This document shows positions 1 to 10,796 of a stretch of DNA of 64,000 nt, one piece after another. Source of the DNA: Gemmatimonadaceae bacterium (GTDB lineage: Bacteria; Gemmatimonadota; Gemmatimonadetes; Gemmatimonadales; Gemmatimonadaceae); assembly GCA_035544915.1 (NCBI GenBank), contig DASZZO010000053.1:373-64372 (forward strand), in the 5' to 3' direction. A program made the translations under genes and the position numbers. Position 1 is the first letter of the stretch. Every line of letters starts with the position of its first letter. The notes under the pieces were generated by a model. That model was not told where the DNA came from, did no database searches, and saw only the letters and a list, made by a program, of their open reading frames with translations.

Positions 1-1
1 C

Positions 2-2257
2 GACGAGGGAAGGCTCGACACGAAGCGCATTCAGGACGCTATTGATCGCTGCGCGGCCGGCCGCGCCGTGGTGCTCCGCGCATCCGCTTCCATGCGGGCC
101 TTCCTTTCGGGGCCGCTGCGACTGCGGCGCGGCGTCACGCTGGTGGTGGACACCGGCGCGATCCTCTTTGCCTCGCGCGACCCGAACCTGTACGACCTCG
201 ATCACGGGCGGTGTGGCACCGTGGACGAACGTGGCCATGCGTGCCGCCCGTTCATCAGCGCCGACACCACGGAGGGCGTCGGTGTCATGGGGCCGGGCAC
301 CATTGACGGCCGCGGCTGGGCGAAGCTCCTCGGCAAGGACGTGTCCTGGTGGGACCTCGCCCAGGACGCGAAGTTCCGCAACCTGAGCCAGAGTTGTCCC
401 CGGCTCATCCAGTTCACCAGGTCGAACGACGTCACGCTGTACGACGTGACGATCCGGAACTCGCCGAACTTCCACGTCGTATTCGACCGGGGCAACGGCT
501 TCACGGCGTGGAGCGTCCGCATCGACACCCGCGACCCGCGCGCGCGCAATACGGACGGCATCGATCCGGTCAGCGCCACCAACGTCACCGTCACGCACAG
601 TTTCATCAATACGGGCGACGACAACGTGGTGGTGAAGGCGGGCAAGGTACCGAGCTCGAACGTCACCGTGTCGCACAACCATTTCTATCGCGGCCACGGC
701 ATGTCGATCGGCAGCGAGACCGACGGCGGCGCGCACGCCATCCGCGTGTTCGACCTCTCCATTGACGGCGCCGACAACGGGCTGCGCATCAAGTCCAACG
801 CGAGCCGCGGCGGCCGTGTGGAAGACGTCGAGTACCGCGACATCTGCATCCGCAACACGAGAAACGTGATCGAGATGGATACGCACTACTCGGCGTCGCC
901 GCAGACCACCGGCAACCTCATTCCCCAATACAGCAACATCCGCCTGCGCGACGTGCGCGTATCCGGCGCCGGAAAGGTCATTCTCGACGGCTACGACAAG
1001 GCGCGCCCACTCGGCATCATCTTCGACAACGTCACCTTCGACAACCCGGCGGCCATCGCCGTGAATGCGCGGCATGTCGCCCTCACGCGCGGGCCGGGCC
1101 CGATGAATCTCCAGATCACGGGCGACGACGTGCTGATTGCCGGCACGTCGTCGGACGCGCCGGTCAACTCCTGCGCGGGCAAGTTCGTGCCGATGCCCAC
1201 CGGCGCGCGCGCCGCTGGCGGCCCGTCCTACGCCGCCATTGTCGATGCGCGCTTCGGCGGGGCGGACGGCGAACGCGTGGATGGCGCGCCGACCTTCCGG
1301 TCGCTCGGCGCCGCGTTGACGTCATTGCCTCCAAATGGCGTCGGCCGCGCGACCATTCTGATTCGTAACGGCCGTTACCACGAGAAGCTCACGATTGACC
1401 GCCCCTACGTCACGCTGGTGGGGCAGAACCGCGACAGTACCGTGTTGACGTACGATGCGGCAGCCGACACGCCCAGCCCCGGCGGCGGCACCTACGGCAC
1501 GCGCGGAAGCTTCACCCTCCGCATCGTCGCACCCGATTTCCGTGCCGCACATCTCACCATCGAGAACGCCTTCGACTACCCAGCCAACGCCGCCAAGCCC
1601 GACACCGACCGGACGAAGCTTCGCAATCAGCAAGCCGTGGCGCTCATGACCGACCTCGGGTCCGACCGCGCTGTGTTCACCGACGTCAGGGTCACGGGCT
1701 ACCAGGACACCCTCTTCCCCAACTCGGGGCGGAGCTATTTCCACGAGTGCGAGATTCGCGGCCACGTGGACTTCATCTTCGGCGCGGGCCAGGCGGTGTT
1801 CGATGACTGCGACATCGTCTCGCGCGACCGCGGCAGCACCGCCAACAATGGCTACATCACGGCGGCCAGCACCGACACCAGCCAGCCGTATGGCTTCCTT
1901 TTCATCAGGAGCCAGCTCCGGAAGGAGCGCCAGCAGATGGCGGCCAACTCTGTTACGCTCGGACGTCCGTGGCATCCGTTCGCCAACCCTCGCGCGATCG
2001 GCAGTGTCGTGTTCATGAACTGCTGGATGGACGATCACATCGGAGACCGCGGATGGGATCGCATGTCGTCGGTGGACTCGACCGGGACGCGCATCTGGTA
2101 CGAGCCATCGTCGGCGCGGTTCTTCGAGTACGAAACGACCGGACCGGGCGCCGTGAAGGGCCCGGCACGCCGCCTGCTCACACCGGAGGAAGCGCGACAG
2201 TACACGCCGGCCAGCGTGCTCGGCGGATGGATACCGGCTCTTCCCGGCGCGCGCTGA
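2..2257 (+). CDS. Bifunctional pectin-degrading enzyme: GH28 polygalacturonase domain fused to CE8 pectin methylesterase domain (5' end cut by window edge)
   Basis: Frame is open from the window edge (DEGRLDTKRIQDAIDRC precedes the first GTG at 68). GH28 motifs NSPNFH, NTDGIDP, GDDNVVVKAG, GHGMSIGSE, followed by CE8 motifs QAVAL, GYQDTLF, DFIFG, LGRPW. Confidence 0.85.
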   Translation, partial: DEGRLDTKRIQDAIDRCAAGRAVVLRASASMRAFLSGPLRLRRGVTLVVDTGAILFASRDPNLYDLDHGRCGTVDERGHACRPFISADTTEGVGVMGPGTIDGRGWAKLLGKDVSWWDLAQDAKFRNLSQSCPRLIQFTRSNDVTLYDVTIRNSPNFHVVFDRGNGFTAWSVRIDTRDPRARNTDGIDPVSATNVTVTHSFINTGDDNVVVKAGKVPSSNVTVSHNHFYRGHGMSIGSETDGGAHAIRVFDLSIDGADNGLRIKSNASRGGRVEDVEYRDICIRNTRNVIEMDTHYSASPQTTGNLIPQYSNIRLRDVRVSGAGKVILDGYDKARPLGIIFDNVTFDNPAAIAVNARHVALTRGPGPMNLQITGDDVLIAGTSSDAPVNSCAGKFVPMPTGARAAGGPSYAAIVDARFGGADGERVDGAPTFRSLGAALTSLPPNGVGRATILIRNGRYHEKLTIDRPYVTLVGQNRDSTVLTYDAAADTPSPGGGTYGTRGSFTLRIVAPDFRAAHLTIENAFDYPANAAKPDTDRTKLRNQQAVALMTDLGSDRAVFTDVRVTGYQDTLFPNSGRSYFHECEIRGHVDFIFGAGQAVFDDCDIVSRDRGSTANNGYITAASTDTSQPYGFLFIRSQLRKERQQMAANSVTLGRPWHPFANPRAIGSVVFMNCWMDDHIGDRGWDRMSSVDSTGTRIWYEPSSARFFEYETTGPGAVKGPARRLLTPEEARQYTPASVLGGWIPALPGAR

Positions 2258-2302
2258 AGCGCTCGCGCTTTTTCCTGGCAGCCAGGGGCAACCTCCGGGG
2301 TC

Positions 2303-3880
2303 CTACCAGCCGGGATTCTGTGTCAGCTTCGGATTGAGATCGAGTGCCCGCTGCGGAATGGGCATGAGCTTGTATTTGTCCGGTATCGGTGCGCCGTTGA
2401 ACTTCGGAAACTTGCTGCTGTTGCTGCGCGCCTTCATCAGGTCGAATTCGATTCGCGCCTTGGCCCAGGGCCAGTTGCGCTGGCTGTCGAAATAGCCGTT
2501 CGGCCCCTCGAGCGTCAGCTCCCACCTGCGCTCAACGAAAACCGAATCGCGAAACAGGTCGTGCCCCAGTCCCGGCGTGACGTTGGGCAGCCCCGCTCGC
2601 GCACGGATCTGGTTGATGCTGGCGTATGCCTCCGCGGTGGGCCCGCTCGCCACTTCATTGGCGGCCTCGGCGATCATCAGCAGCACCTCGGCGTAACGGA
2701 GGATGATGTAATTCGGCTTTTCCGCGCCCGTTCCCGTCATCAGCGGGTCGAGGAACTTCCGCGGGAACGGCGTCTCGCTCGCGTACGGCGACGTGGCCAG
2801 GTTGTTGGGCACGTAGGTCACGATAGTCCCGTTCCTGTTCCATGACAGGAGGAACGTCGCGTCGCGCCGCTTGTCGCTGGGACTGAACGACGCGAAATAA
2901 GTGCTCTCCGCCTCGAACGAGCCATTGGTCGACGCACCCAGGTACGGTGCCGTCGCGTTCGGCGCGATGTGCGAGGAGATGCGGCCGCCGAGGCCCGGCG
3001 CACGGCTGTTCCGGATGTCGAAGATGATCTCGGAGTTGTTCTCTACCACCGTGCCGCCATAGAAATCGAAGAGCGTCATCGGGTCGGCCACCAGCGCATA
3101 GTCACCGTCGGCAACGACCTGCTTCGACATGTCGAGCGATGCCTGCCAGTCCGCAGGCGTGCCGCCGCCCGCGCCGGCGCGCTGGAGATAGACCTTGGCG
3201 AGCAGCGTCTTTGCCGCGCCGCGAGACGCCCGTCCGCGGTCGGCGCTCCCGTAGCTCTTCGACGACGGCAGCACCTTGATGGCATCCAGGAGGTCCTGCA
3301 CGATCTGCGCGTACACGTCCTGCGCCGTGTTCCGCGGCAACTGGATGCTGTCCAGCCCCTGGGTTTCCGTCAGCTTGAGCGGAACGCCCCCGTACATGCG
3401 CACCAGGTTGAAGTAGTGCGTTGCGCGCAGAAACCTGGCTTCGGCCACGATCCGGCTGCGCAGCCCGGTGTCCATCGCGATTCCCGGCACGCGCCGGATG
3501 ACGGAGTTGGCGCGGTTGATCGCATCGTACGCCGACGCCCAGACCGACTGCACGTACGCGTGAGTGACCGGAATGGTGTACACGTCCGGCTGGCTGCGTT
3601 CATTCGTGGCGCTCAGCCGCGACGTCCACATCTCCGTGGGATGCTCGACGAGCATCACGAAGTTGCGTCCGTAGTAGTTGTCGCCGCTGGTGTTGATGAA
3701 GCTCGCGTACACGCCATTGATGGCGGCCAGCGCATCGCCCGCGGTACGGTAGAAGTTCTGTGGCCCGACGAAGTCGAGCGGCGTTTCAGTCAGGTATTTC
3801 GCGTCGTTGCAACTGTTGAGCGTCAGGCATATCACGATCGCGGCGAGTGCGGCCGGCCGGAATTGTGTCGTCGTCTTCAT
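2303..3880 (-). CDS. susD: SusD/RagB-family nutrient-binding outer-membrane lipoprotein
   Basis: Internal ATG at 3880 gives the lipoprotein signal MKTTTQFRPAALAAIVICLTLNSC. Size is about 525 aa. It lies directly downstream of a SusC-type gene (susC stop 3882-3884). C-terminal ...LTQNPGW is typical of the family. Confidence 0.85.
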   Translation of the reverse strand: MKTTTQFRPAALAAIVICLTLNSCNDAKYLTETPLDFVGPQNFYRTAGDALAAINGVYASFINTSGDNYYGRNFVMLVEHPTEMWTSRLSATNERSQPDVYTIPVTHAYVQSVWASAYDAINRANSVIRRVPGIAMDTGLRSRIVAEARFLRATHYFNLVRMYGGVPLKLTETQGLDSIQLPRNTAQDVYAQIVQDLLDAIKVLPSSKSYGSADRGRASRGAAKTLLAKVYLQRAGAGGGTPADWQASLDMSKQVVADGDYALVADPMTLFDFYGGTVVENNSEIIFDIRNSRAPGLGGRISSHIAPNATAPYLGASTNGSFEAESTYFASFSPSDKRRDATFLLSWNRNGTIVTYVPNNLATSPYASETPFPRKFLDPLMTGTGAEKPNYIILRYAEVLLMIAEAANEVASGPTAEAYASINQIRARAGLPNVTPGLGHDLFRDSVFVERRWELTLEGPNGYFDSQRNWPWAKARIEFDLMKARSNSSKFPKFNGAPIPDKYKLMPIPQRALDLNPKLTQNPGW

Positions 3881-3881
3881 G

Positions 3882-6800
3882 TCAGTAGGCCAGGTTGACG
3901 CCGAAGGTGATGCTCCTGGCGAGCGGGTAGGCGCCGACATCGATGCCGCGGTTCACGTTGCCCAGCCCCAGGCTGCTGACATCGGGATTGAATCCGGTGT
4001 ATTTCGTGAGCGTCAGGAGGTTCGTGGCGGTGAGGTACACGCGTGCGCTCGAGAATCCGGAGGCCCGATACCACGACGGGTTGAGTGCGTACTCCAGCGT
4101 GATGGACCGGACCCGTACGAACGACCCGTCCTCGAGCAGGTCGCTCGTGATGTCAGACCCGATCGTGCCGGGCGTGAAGTTGATACGCGGATACTTGCCG
4201 TTCGGGTTGGTGGGCGACCACGCGTCTTCATAGCGCCGGCGCAGGATGTTCGTGGCAGGACTGCCCCCGTCAAGCCGCACGAGGTTCAGGTTGAGCAGCT
4301 TGTTCCCCTGCACGAAATCGACCGAGGACAGCAGCGTGAATGCCTTGTAGCTCAGCGTGTTCTGCCAGCCGCCGGTCCATTTGGGATTCGGGTCACCAAT
4401 GATCGTGCGGTCTTCCGGCGTGATCTGCCCGTCCGGTCCGGTGGTGATCCTGCCGTCGGGCCCTGTCCGCGGCGGTCCGGCGACATCGACCAGGATGGGG
4501 TCGCCGGCGCGCCACGTTTGTCCCGACAGCGGTTTCACCAGCGCCGTGTACGCCGCCGCCGACGCGGAGTCCCTGAAGATCCCCCTCGTCTTGTAGCCAT
4601 AGAAGACGCCGAGCGGCTGCCCCACGCGGATCAGCGTGCCGAGGAGCTTCAGATCGCTGTTCACGCTCGACGCGAAGATGTCCGTGACGCCCCCCAGGTC
4701 GAGCACCCTGTTCTTGTTCTGCGCGAAGTTGAACGTGGTGGTCCAGGCGAGGCCGCCCCAGCGCCTCGAGTTGAGCGGCACCACGTTCAGCGTGACGGCG
4801 ATCTCATACCCGTTGTTCTGCACCGAGCCGATGTTCTGCAGCGCCGAGGTGAATCCGGTTTCGAAGGGCAGGTTCACCGCGAGGAGCAGGTTGCTCGTCT
4901 TCTTCCAGTAGGCGTCGGCGGTCATGCTGAGGCGACCGCCAAACATTGCGTAATCGATCCCGACATCGCTCTGCCGGGTGGTTTCCCAGCTCAGGTTCGG
5001 ATTCCCCACCGACGCCGGGTAGTAGCCGGGCACCGTTTGTCCTCCCAGCGTGTACGGCTGCGAGTTGAGGTGCGACAGCGACTGGTACGGCTGAATGGCA
5101 GGGTTTCCCGTCTCGCCCGTCGAGAGGCGGAGCTTGAGCTGGTCGATGTTCGTCAATCGCCGCATGAACGGCTCGTCGGATACGCGCCACGCCAACGCCG
5201 CCGAGGGGAACGTCCCCCAACGATGGTCGGCCCCGAAACGCGACGACCCGTCGCGGCGCGATGTGAGCGTGAACAAGTAGCGATCGAACAGCGAGTAGTT
5301 CAGCCGCCCGATGTACGACACGAGCGTCCATCGCGTGTGTCCCGAGCTGACCTGCGGGCCGCCTGTCTGCGTACCCGCGCCGATCGACTCGAAGTTGTCG
5401 ATGTCGCTCACGAAGTTGCTGTTGCGGACGCCGCTGGTCGTTACGTCGTTGGACTGGCGGCTGTACCCTGCCAGGACGTCGATCAGGTGCGCGGACCCGA
5501 ATGAGTGTGACCAGTTGAGCGTGTTCTCGTTGAGCAGGTTCGTCGCATTCGCGGTTCCGCGAATCGCCTGCCCGTTCACCTGGCTGCCCTGGAGCGTCGT
5601 GCGCGGGTAGTACGTATCGCGCGAGCGGTTCGCGAGGTCGGCGCCCACGGTCACGCGGAGCCGTAGTCCCCCGTTGAGGATCGCTTCGGCCGAGGTGCTC
5701 CCGAGGAATCGCGTATCGCCGAGCTGGTCGCGCACGTCGGCCGCGAGCGACACCGGGTTCGGGACGTTGTTGGCGGAAAGCGGGGCTGCCACGTCGGGTT
5801 GCTGCAACGTGTAGGTCCCGTCGGCGCGGCGCACCGGAAGCGTCGGGAAATACTGGAGCGCGGCGCCGACGGCGCCGGCGCCGCCGTTGAGCGACCCGTC
5901 GGTCGGCACCGAGTTGCTGTTCACGCGGCTCGTGGTCATGCCCCCGGTCACGTGGAACCGCGTGCCGATCATCTGGTCGATGTTCCCGCGGAGCGAGGTG
6001 CGCCGGAACGCCGTCCCCAGCACGATGCCGTCCTGCTGGTACGTGCCCCCTGATAGCGCGTAGCGCGTAGCGCTGGCGCCGCTGGTGCCCCCGGTCACGC
6101 CGAGCTGCAGGCTGCGCACCGGCGCGGTACGAAAGATCTGCGCCTGCCAATCGGTTCCCTTGATCGTGTCGGTATTCGCGTACACGACGCCGGTACCGTT
6201 GGCCACCGACCACGCATTGGCGAACTGCGCGAACTCGCGAGGGCCCAGCAGGTCATATGGATGGGAGATGGTCTGCGTGCCGGTGAAGCTATTGAGCGTG
6301 AACACCGGCCGGCCGAACTTCCCTTGCCTGGTGGTGATGATCACCACGCCGTTGGCACCGCGTGCGCCATAGATCGCCGTCGCCGACGCATCCTTGAGGA
6401 TCTGGATCGATTCGATGTCATTCGGGTCGATCGCTGCGAGCGGATTGGACGGCACTGTCACCGACGGATCGCGCCCGCCGTCGCTGGGGTTCATCGCCGT
6501 GGCGTCGTTCTCGATCGGGAGGCCATCAATGACGAACAGCGGCTCGTTGTTCCCTGTCACCGACGAGCCGCCGCGAATGCGGACCGAGACGCCCCCGCCC
6601 GGCGCGGAGGATGCCTGGGTCACCTGCACCCCGGCGGCGGCGCCCTGCAGTGCCTGCTCCACCGAGATCGTCGGCACTTGCTCTGTGTTCGGGGAAACAG
6701 TGCTCACGGAGCCGGTCAGGTCGGACCGCTTCTGCGAGCCATAGCCCACCACCACCACCTGCGTGAGGGCGACGGACGTGACCTCGAGACGGAGATCCGC

Positions 6801-7097
6801 CGTCGCATCCTGCCCCGCCACCACGGTCACCGCACGTGTGACGGGCGCGTACCCGACTCGCGTGGCCCGGAGCTGATGCGCGCCCGCCGGAACGCTTGCC
6901 AGCGCGAACTTGCCATCACTTCCCGACCGCGCGCCCAGACGCGTTCCGACGACGAGAATGGTCACGTCGCTGACGGGCTGGCTGGTGGCCTGGTCCGTCG
7001 CGGTGCCGACGATGCGGCCCGTGACGGTCTGGGCGCGCGCGGCCACGCCGAACGTGAGAATGGCGAGCCAGGTGGCGACGAATCGCATCCATCTCAT
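3882..7097 (-). CDS. susC: SusC/RagA-family TonB-dependent outer-membrane transporter
   Basis: ATG at 7097 follows AGGAG. Signal peptide MRWMRFVATWLAILTFGVAARAQ; carboxypeptidase-regulatory-like N-domain (TGRIVG..SDGKFAL); plug motifs (VVVVGYGSQKRSDLTGSV, FVIDGLPI); barrel ends in ..FGVNLAY. Confidence 0.9.
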   Translation of the reverse strand: MRWMRFVATWLAILTFGVAARAQTVTGRIVGTATDQATSQPVSDVTILVVGTRLGARSGSDGKFALASVPAGAHQLRATRVGYAPVTRAVTVVAGQDATADLRLEVTSVALTQVVVVGYGSQKRSDLTGSVSTVSPNTEQVPTISVEQALQGAAAGVQVTQASSAPGGGVSVRIRGGSSVTGNNEPLFVIDGLPIENDATAMNPSDGGRDPSVTVPSNPLAAIDPNDIESIQILKDASATAIYGARGANGVVIITTRQGKFGRPVFTLNSFTGTQTISHPYDLLGPREFAQFANAWSVANGTGVVYANTDTIKGTDWQAQIFRTAPVRSLQLGVTGGTSGASATRYALSGGTYQQDGIVLGTAFRRTSLRGNIDQMIGTRFHVTGGMTTSRVNSNSVPTDGSLNGGAGAVGAALQYFPTLPVRRADGTYTLQQPDVAAPLSANNVPNPVSLAADVRDQLGDTRFLGSTSAEAILNGGLRLRVTVGADLANRSRDTYYPRTTLQGSQVNGQAIRGTANATNLLNENTLNWSHSFGSAHLIDVLAGYSRQSNDVTTSGVRNSNFVSDIDNFESIGAGTQTGGPQVSSGHTRWTLVSYIGRLNYSLFDRYLFTLTSRRDGSSRFGADHRWGTFPSAALAWRVSDEPFMRRLTNIDQLKLRLSTGETGNPAIQPYQSLSHLNSQPYTLGGQTVPGYYPASVGNPNLSWETTRQSDVGIDYAMFGGRLSMTADAYWKKTSNLLLAVNLPFETGFTSALQNIGSVQNNGYEIAVTLNVVPLNSRRWGGLAWTTTFNFAQNKNRVLDLGGVTDIFASSVNSDLKLLGTLIRVGQPLGVFYGYKTRGIFRDSASAAAYTALVKPLSGQTWRAGDPILVDVAGPPRTGPDGRITTGPDGQITPEDRTIIGDPNPKWTGGWQNTLSYKAFTLLSSVDFVQGNKLLNLNLVRLDGGSPATNILRRRYEDAWSPTNPNGKYPRINFTPGTIGSDITSDLLEDGSFVRVRSITLEYALNPSWYRASGFSSARVYLTATNLLTLTKYTGFNPDVSSLGLGNVNRGIDVGAYPLARSITFGVNLAY

Positions 7098-7345
7098 GCC
7101 GGGGTCTCCTCTCGCGGCCGACGTGCGCCTGGTTTTGTTCGCGGGCCGAACAAAAAGTGCATGGAAAACCGGTGAATCACCATCTTGATGAGCCGGCACG
7201 ATCGCTCCTGCCGGAGGGTTCCGATGGCAGGAAGCGATGCTGCGCAACCTGCAGGCAAAACACACGAAGTCCCCTTTTGTTCATTTGACGAACTATTGCC
7301 GGAAGAATCTGCCGTGCGCCGGCCGGGAGCGCCATAGGGCGCCGG

Positions 7346-8662
7346 TCACGAGGGTACCGGCACCGCGTCAAGCCGCGGTGCGAGCACGTGGATCAACACC
7401 CATGCAGACACGTATGCCAGCCCCGCCATCATGAACAGCGGCGCGTAGTTCTGGCCATTCGCCTCCAGTATCCGCCCCGTCACACGCTGGAAAATCACCC
7501 CGCCCATTGCCCCGGCAAATCCCGCGATCCCCATCACCGATCCCACGACCGAGCGCGGAAACATGTCGCTCGAAAGTGTGTAGACGTTCGCCGACCACGC
7601 CTGATGGGCGGCGGCGGCCACGCTCACCAGCGCCACCGCGGTCCACATGCCGGGTGCCAACGGCGCGAAGGCGGCGGGCACGATGAGCAGCGCGGCCACG
7701 AGCATCGCTGTTTTCCGTGCGCGATTCACCGTCGCTCCTCGCTTGATGAGCGCGCCCGACAACCAGCCGCCCGCAATGGAGCCCACGTCCGCCACCAGGT
7801 ATACGGCAATCAGGGGGGCCGCCACCTGGCCGAGCTTGATGCCATAACGCGCGTCGAGGAACTTCGGAATCCAGTACAGATAGAACCACCAGATCGGATC
7901 GGCCATCGCCTTGCCGATCACGATCGCCCACGTCTGCCGGTAGCCCAGCAAACGGAGCCACGGAATGCGCGCCGCGCCGTTCTCTCCCGATGTCGCGCCC
8001 GGCTCGTGGGAGGCGCCGTTGCGAATGCGCGCGAGTTCGGCGCTGCTCACGCGGGGATCGTTGCCCGGACTCCGGTATAACGCGAGCCAGGCCGCGACCC
8101 ACACGAAGCCGAGGGAGCCGGTGATGATGAACGCCCATTGCCATCCCCACGTGATCGCGATCCACGGCACGACGAGCGGTGCGACGATGGCACCCGTGTT
8201 GCTGCCCGCGTTGAAGATCCCCGTGGCGAGTGCACGCTCCTGTTTCGGGAACCATTCTGCAACGGTCTTGATGGCGGCGGGGAAGTTCGCACTCTCGGCG
8301 AGCCCGAGCATGGCCCGCGCCACGGAGAAGCCGGCAGTCGTGCGCGCGGCGGCGCTCGCGATGGCGGCGAAGCTCCAGGCGACGACCGCCGCGGCGAACC
8401 CGCGGCGCACTCCCACGCGGTCGAGCCATCTGCCCACCGCGAGGAATCCGAACGCATAGAGCAGGCTGAACCACGAGACGACGTCGCCATACTGCGACTC
8501 CGACCAGTGAAACTCGCGCTGAAGCGTGGGCGCGAGGATGCCGAGCACCTGACGGTCGACGTAGTTGATGGTCGTGGCGGCGAAGAGCAGCGCGCAGACG
8601 ATCCAGCGGTATCCTGATCGCCGCCCTTCCATCGAAGGGGTCATTCCGGCCGAAGGAGTCAT
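7346..8662 (-). CDS. exuT: MFS transporter, hexuronate (ExuT-like) family
   Basis: [37 protein letters not shown] is the ExuT/ACS-family N-terminus, and the protein has 12-TM-like hydrophobicity. ATG 8662 forms an ATGA overlap with the uxuA stop. Alternative ATGs lie at 8644 and 8632. Confidence 0.8.
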   Translation of the reverse strand: MTPSAGMTPSMEGRRSGYRWIVCALLFAATTINYVDRQVLGILAPTLQREFHWSESQYGDVVSWFSLLYAFGFLAVGRWLDRVGVRRGFAAAVVAWSFAAIASAAARTTAGFSVARAMLGLAESANFPAAIKTVAEWFPKQERALATGIFNAGSNTGAIVAPLVVPWIAITWGWQWAFIITGSLGFVWVAAWLALYRSPGNDPRVSSAELARIRNGASHEPGATSGENGAARIPWLRLLGYRQTWAIVIGKAMADPIWWFYLYWIPKFLDARYGIKLGQVAAPLIAVYLVADVGSIAGGWLSGALIKRGATVNRARKTAMLVAALLIVPAAFAPLAPGMWTAVALVSVAAAAHQAWSANVYTLSSDMFPRSVVGSVMGIAGFAGAMGGVIFQRVTGRILEANGQNYAPLFMMAGLAYVSAWVLIHVLAPRLDAVPVPS

Positions 8663-9696
8663 TCCGCCAATCCTTCCCACAGGCCGTTGAGGTACGCGGC
8701 GCCAAGGGCGCGATCGTAGAGGCCATAACCGGGCCGTGCTGTCTCACCCCAGATCGTGCGTCCGTGATCGGGGCGCGCGGGGCCCGTGAAACCCGTGTCG
8801 CGCAGCGCCCGCAGCACCTCACGCATGTTCACGCGGCCAAAGCGCGATGGGTGCGGTGTCTCGTGAAACTCGTGCGCCCCCGTGACGGCGACATTCCGGC
8901 AGTGTGCGAAGGTGATGCGGCCCATGGCGCCGAACTTCCGCGCCATTGCAGGCAGATCGTTCTCAGGGAGTGCGCCGAGTGAGCCGGTGCAGAAGGTGAT
9001 GCCATTCGCGGGGCTGTCGACGAGTCCGATGAGCCGGTCGAGATCGGCCCCGCGACGAATGATCCGCGGCAGGCCGAAGATCGGCCATGGTGGATCGTCG
9101 GGATGGATCGCCATGCGCACGCCGGCACGCTCGGCGACGGGAACCACGCGCTCGAGAAAATAGGCGAGGTTGTGCCAGAGCGCTTCGCCGTCAACGTCGC
9201 GGTATGCCGTGAGCAGCGCGTTCAGCTCCTTCGCTCCATATGCGGTGGCCCAGCCGGGGAGATCGCCGGTGCCTCGCGTGATATCCATCCTGGCAAGTGC
9301 GGCATCACTGTATGCGAGGGCCGTCGAGCCGTCAGGGAGCGGCCTGGCAAGATCAGTGCGCATCCAGTCGAACACGGGCATGAAGTTGTAGCAGAGCACC
9401 GGGATGCCAAGCGCACCCATCGCCCGCACCGTCTCGCAGTAGGTCTCGATGTACCGGTCGCGGGTGGGCCGCCCGAGCTTGATATCCTCGTGCAGCGGGA
9501 TGCTCTCGACGACAGAGAAGCGCAGCCCCGCGGTTTCGATTTGGGCCTTAAGCCGGGCGAGAGCGTCCCGCGACCATGCAGTCCCCACGGGAACGTCGTG
9601 GAGTGCGCTGACGATTCCCTCGACGCCGGGAATCTGCCGGATGCGCGCGAGCGGAATTGCGTCGGAGGGACCGAACCAGCGAAAGGTCAGGAACAC
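8659..9696 (-). CDS. uxuA: Mannonate dehydratase
   Basis: [37 protein letters not shown]...[15 protein letters not shown] are UxuA hallmarks. GTG start at 9696 overlaps the kdgK stop. The longer 567-aa ORF in the track runs into kdgK and is not used. Confidence 0.85.
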   Translation of the reverse strand: MFLTFRWFGPSDAIPLARIRQIPGVEGIVSALHDVPVGTAWSRDALARLKAQIETAGLRFSVVESIPLHEDIKLGRPTRDRYIETYCETVRAMGALGIPVLCYNFMPVFDWMRTDLARPLPDGSTALAYSDAALARMDITRGTGDLPGWATAYGAKELNALLTAYRDVDGEALWHNLAYFLERVVPVAERAGVRMAIHPDDPPWPIFGLPRIIRRGADLDRLIGLVDSPANGITFCTGSLGALPENDLPAMARKFGAMGRITFAHCRNVAVTGAHEFHETPHPSRFGRVNMREVLRALRDTGFTGPARPDHGRTIWGETARPGYGLYDRALGAAYLNGLWEGLAE

Positions 9697-10796
9697 GGCT
9701 GCGCCACCAACCGCTCGATCTCTTCCACGGTCGCGCGATTGAAGTCGCCTGGAACCGCGAGCTTGAGCGCACTCGCGGCCACCGCGAATTCGAGGGCCGC
9801 ATCGTTCGCGCGACCGTGCAGCAATCCCATGATCAGCGCCGCCGCAAAGCTGTCGCCGCCGCCCAGCCGGTCGACGACGCGCACGCGATGCGCGCGGCTC
9901 ACGCTGAGTGTGGCGCTGGCCGCATCGTACAAGACGGCGCTCCAGCCGTGCTCCGCGGGAGAGAGGACCTCGCGCCGCGTGAGGGCGACGAGGGCGCACC
10001 CCGTTCGCTCGGCGATGCGCTCGCACAGGGCGCGCGATTCCGCGGCGTTCGCGAGCGACCGGGTGTGAGCGTTCGCGCGCTCGTCGATCGGGGGCTGGTC
10101 CGCATCGACGCCGAGCATGGCACGGGCTGAGGGCGCGTTTGCGAAGATGAGTGACGCGCCGTGCGTGAGCGGCTCGATCAGTGCCCGCGGATCGCGCGAC
10201 TGCCACAGGGCAGGCCTGTAGTTGAGATCGATGCTGACCCGCGCCTTGGCGGCATGCGCAGCAGTCACCGCCGCGGCGAGCGCCCCGGCGGGCCCACCTC
10301 CCAGCGCGGGCGTGATGCCCGTGCCGTGGAACCATTGCGCCCCCTTGAGCAATGCCTGCCAATCGAACGTATCTGGTGCGACTCTCGAAAATGCCGAGCC
10401 GGCCCGATCGTACACCAGCCGCGATTCGCGCAGGTCTGCGCCCGGCTCCACGAAATACACTCCCATCCGTTCGGGACCGCGCACGATCGAGTCCGTAGCA
10501 ACCCCCTCCGCGCGGAGCACCCGGAGCGCCTCGTCACCAATGAGGTTGTCGGGCAGCCGCGTGACATAGTCGGCGCGCACGCCGAGATGTGCGAGGCCCA
10601 CCGCGACGTTGGCTTCTGCGCCCCCGAAGCCGGCGCGGAACAGACCCGAGGCGAAGAATCGTTCGTCACCGGGCGGGCTCAGACGCAACATCAGCTCGCC
10701 GAAGGTGAGGGCGCGTGGAGTGGATTGCGCGTCCCCAAGCGCAAGGGCGCGTGCGGCCGGCCCGGCGGCCGCCCCGGAACTCCTGTCGGCGCTCAC
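9687..10796 (-). CDS. kdgK: 2-dehydro-3-deoxygluconokinase (PfkB family)
   Basis: [41 protein letters not shown] are PfkB/KdgK motifs. GTG 10796 forms a GTGA overlap with the eda stop. The exact start is uncertain. Confidence 0.8.
   Translation of the reverse strand: MSADRSSGAAAGPAARALALGDAQSTPRALTFGELMLRLSPPGDERFFASGLFRAGFGGAEANVAVGLAHLGVRADYVTRLPDNLIGDEALRVLRAEGVATDSIVRGPERMGVYFVEPGADLRESRLVYDRAGSAFSRVAPDTFDWQALLKGAQWFHGTGITPALGGGPAGALAAAVTAAHAAKARVSIDLNYRPALWQSRDPRALIEPLTHGASLIFANAPSARAMLGVDADQPPIDERANAHTRSLANAAESRALCERIAERTGCALVALTRREVLSPAEHGWSAVLYDAASATLSVSRAHRVRVVDRLGGGDSFAAALIMGLLHGRANDAALEFAVAASALKLAVPGDFNRATVEEIERLVAQPCS

Noticed and set aside
2257-2275. Intrinsic terminator after the GH28-CE8 gene (AGCGC-TC-GCGCT followed by TTTTCC)
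   Set aside because: The stem is only 5 bp and the 2-nt loop is sterically implausible. It is not called as a feature.
3807-6213. Long ORFs 3807-5504(+), 4804-6213(-) and others overlapping susC
   Set aside because: These are antisense or alternative-frame ORFs, typical of high-GC DNA. Their products are Arg/Pro/Gly/Ala-rich low-complexity sequences with no motifs, and the region is fully explained by the SusC-type gene.
8659-10362. 567-aa ORF as a single UxuA-containing protein, and likewise the 622-aa ORF 37420-39288
   Set aside because: The N-terminal extensions are out-of-frame read-throughs into the upstream genes (kdgK, tldD). Family N-termini and stop/start overlaps place the true starts at 9696 and 38811.
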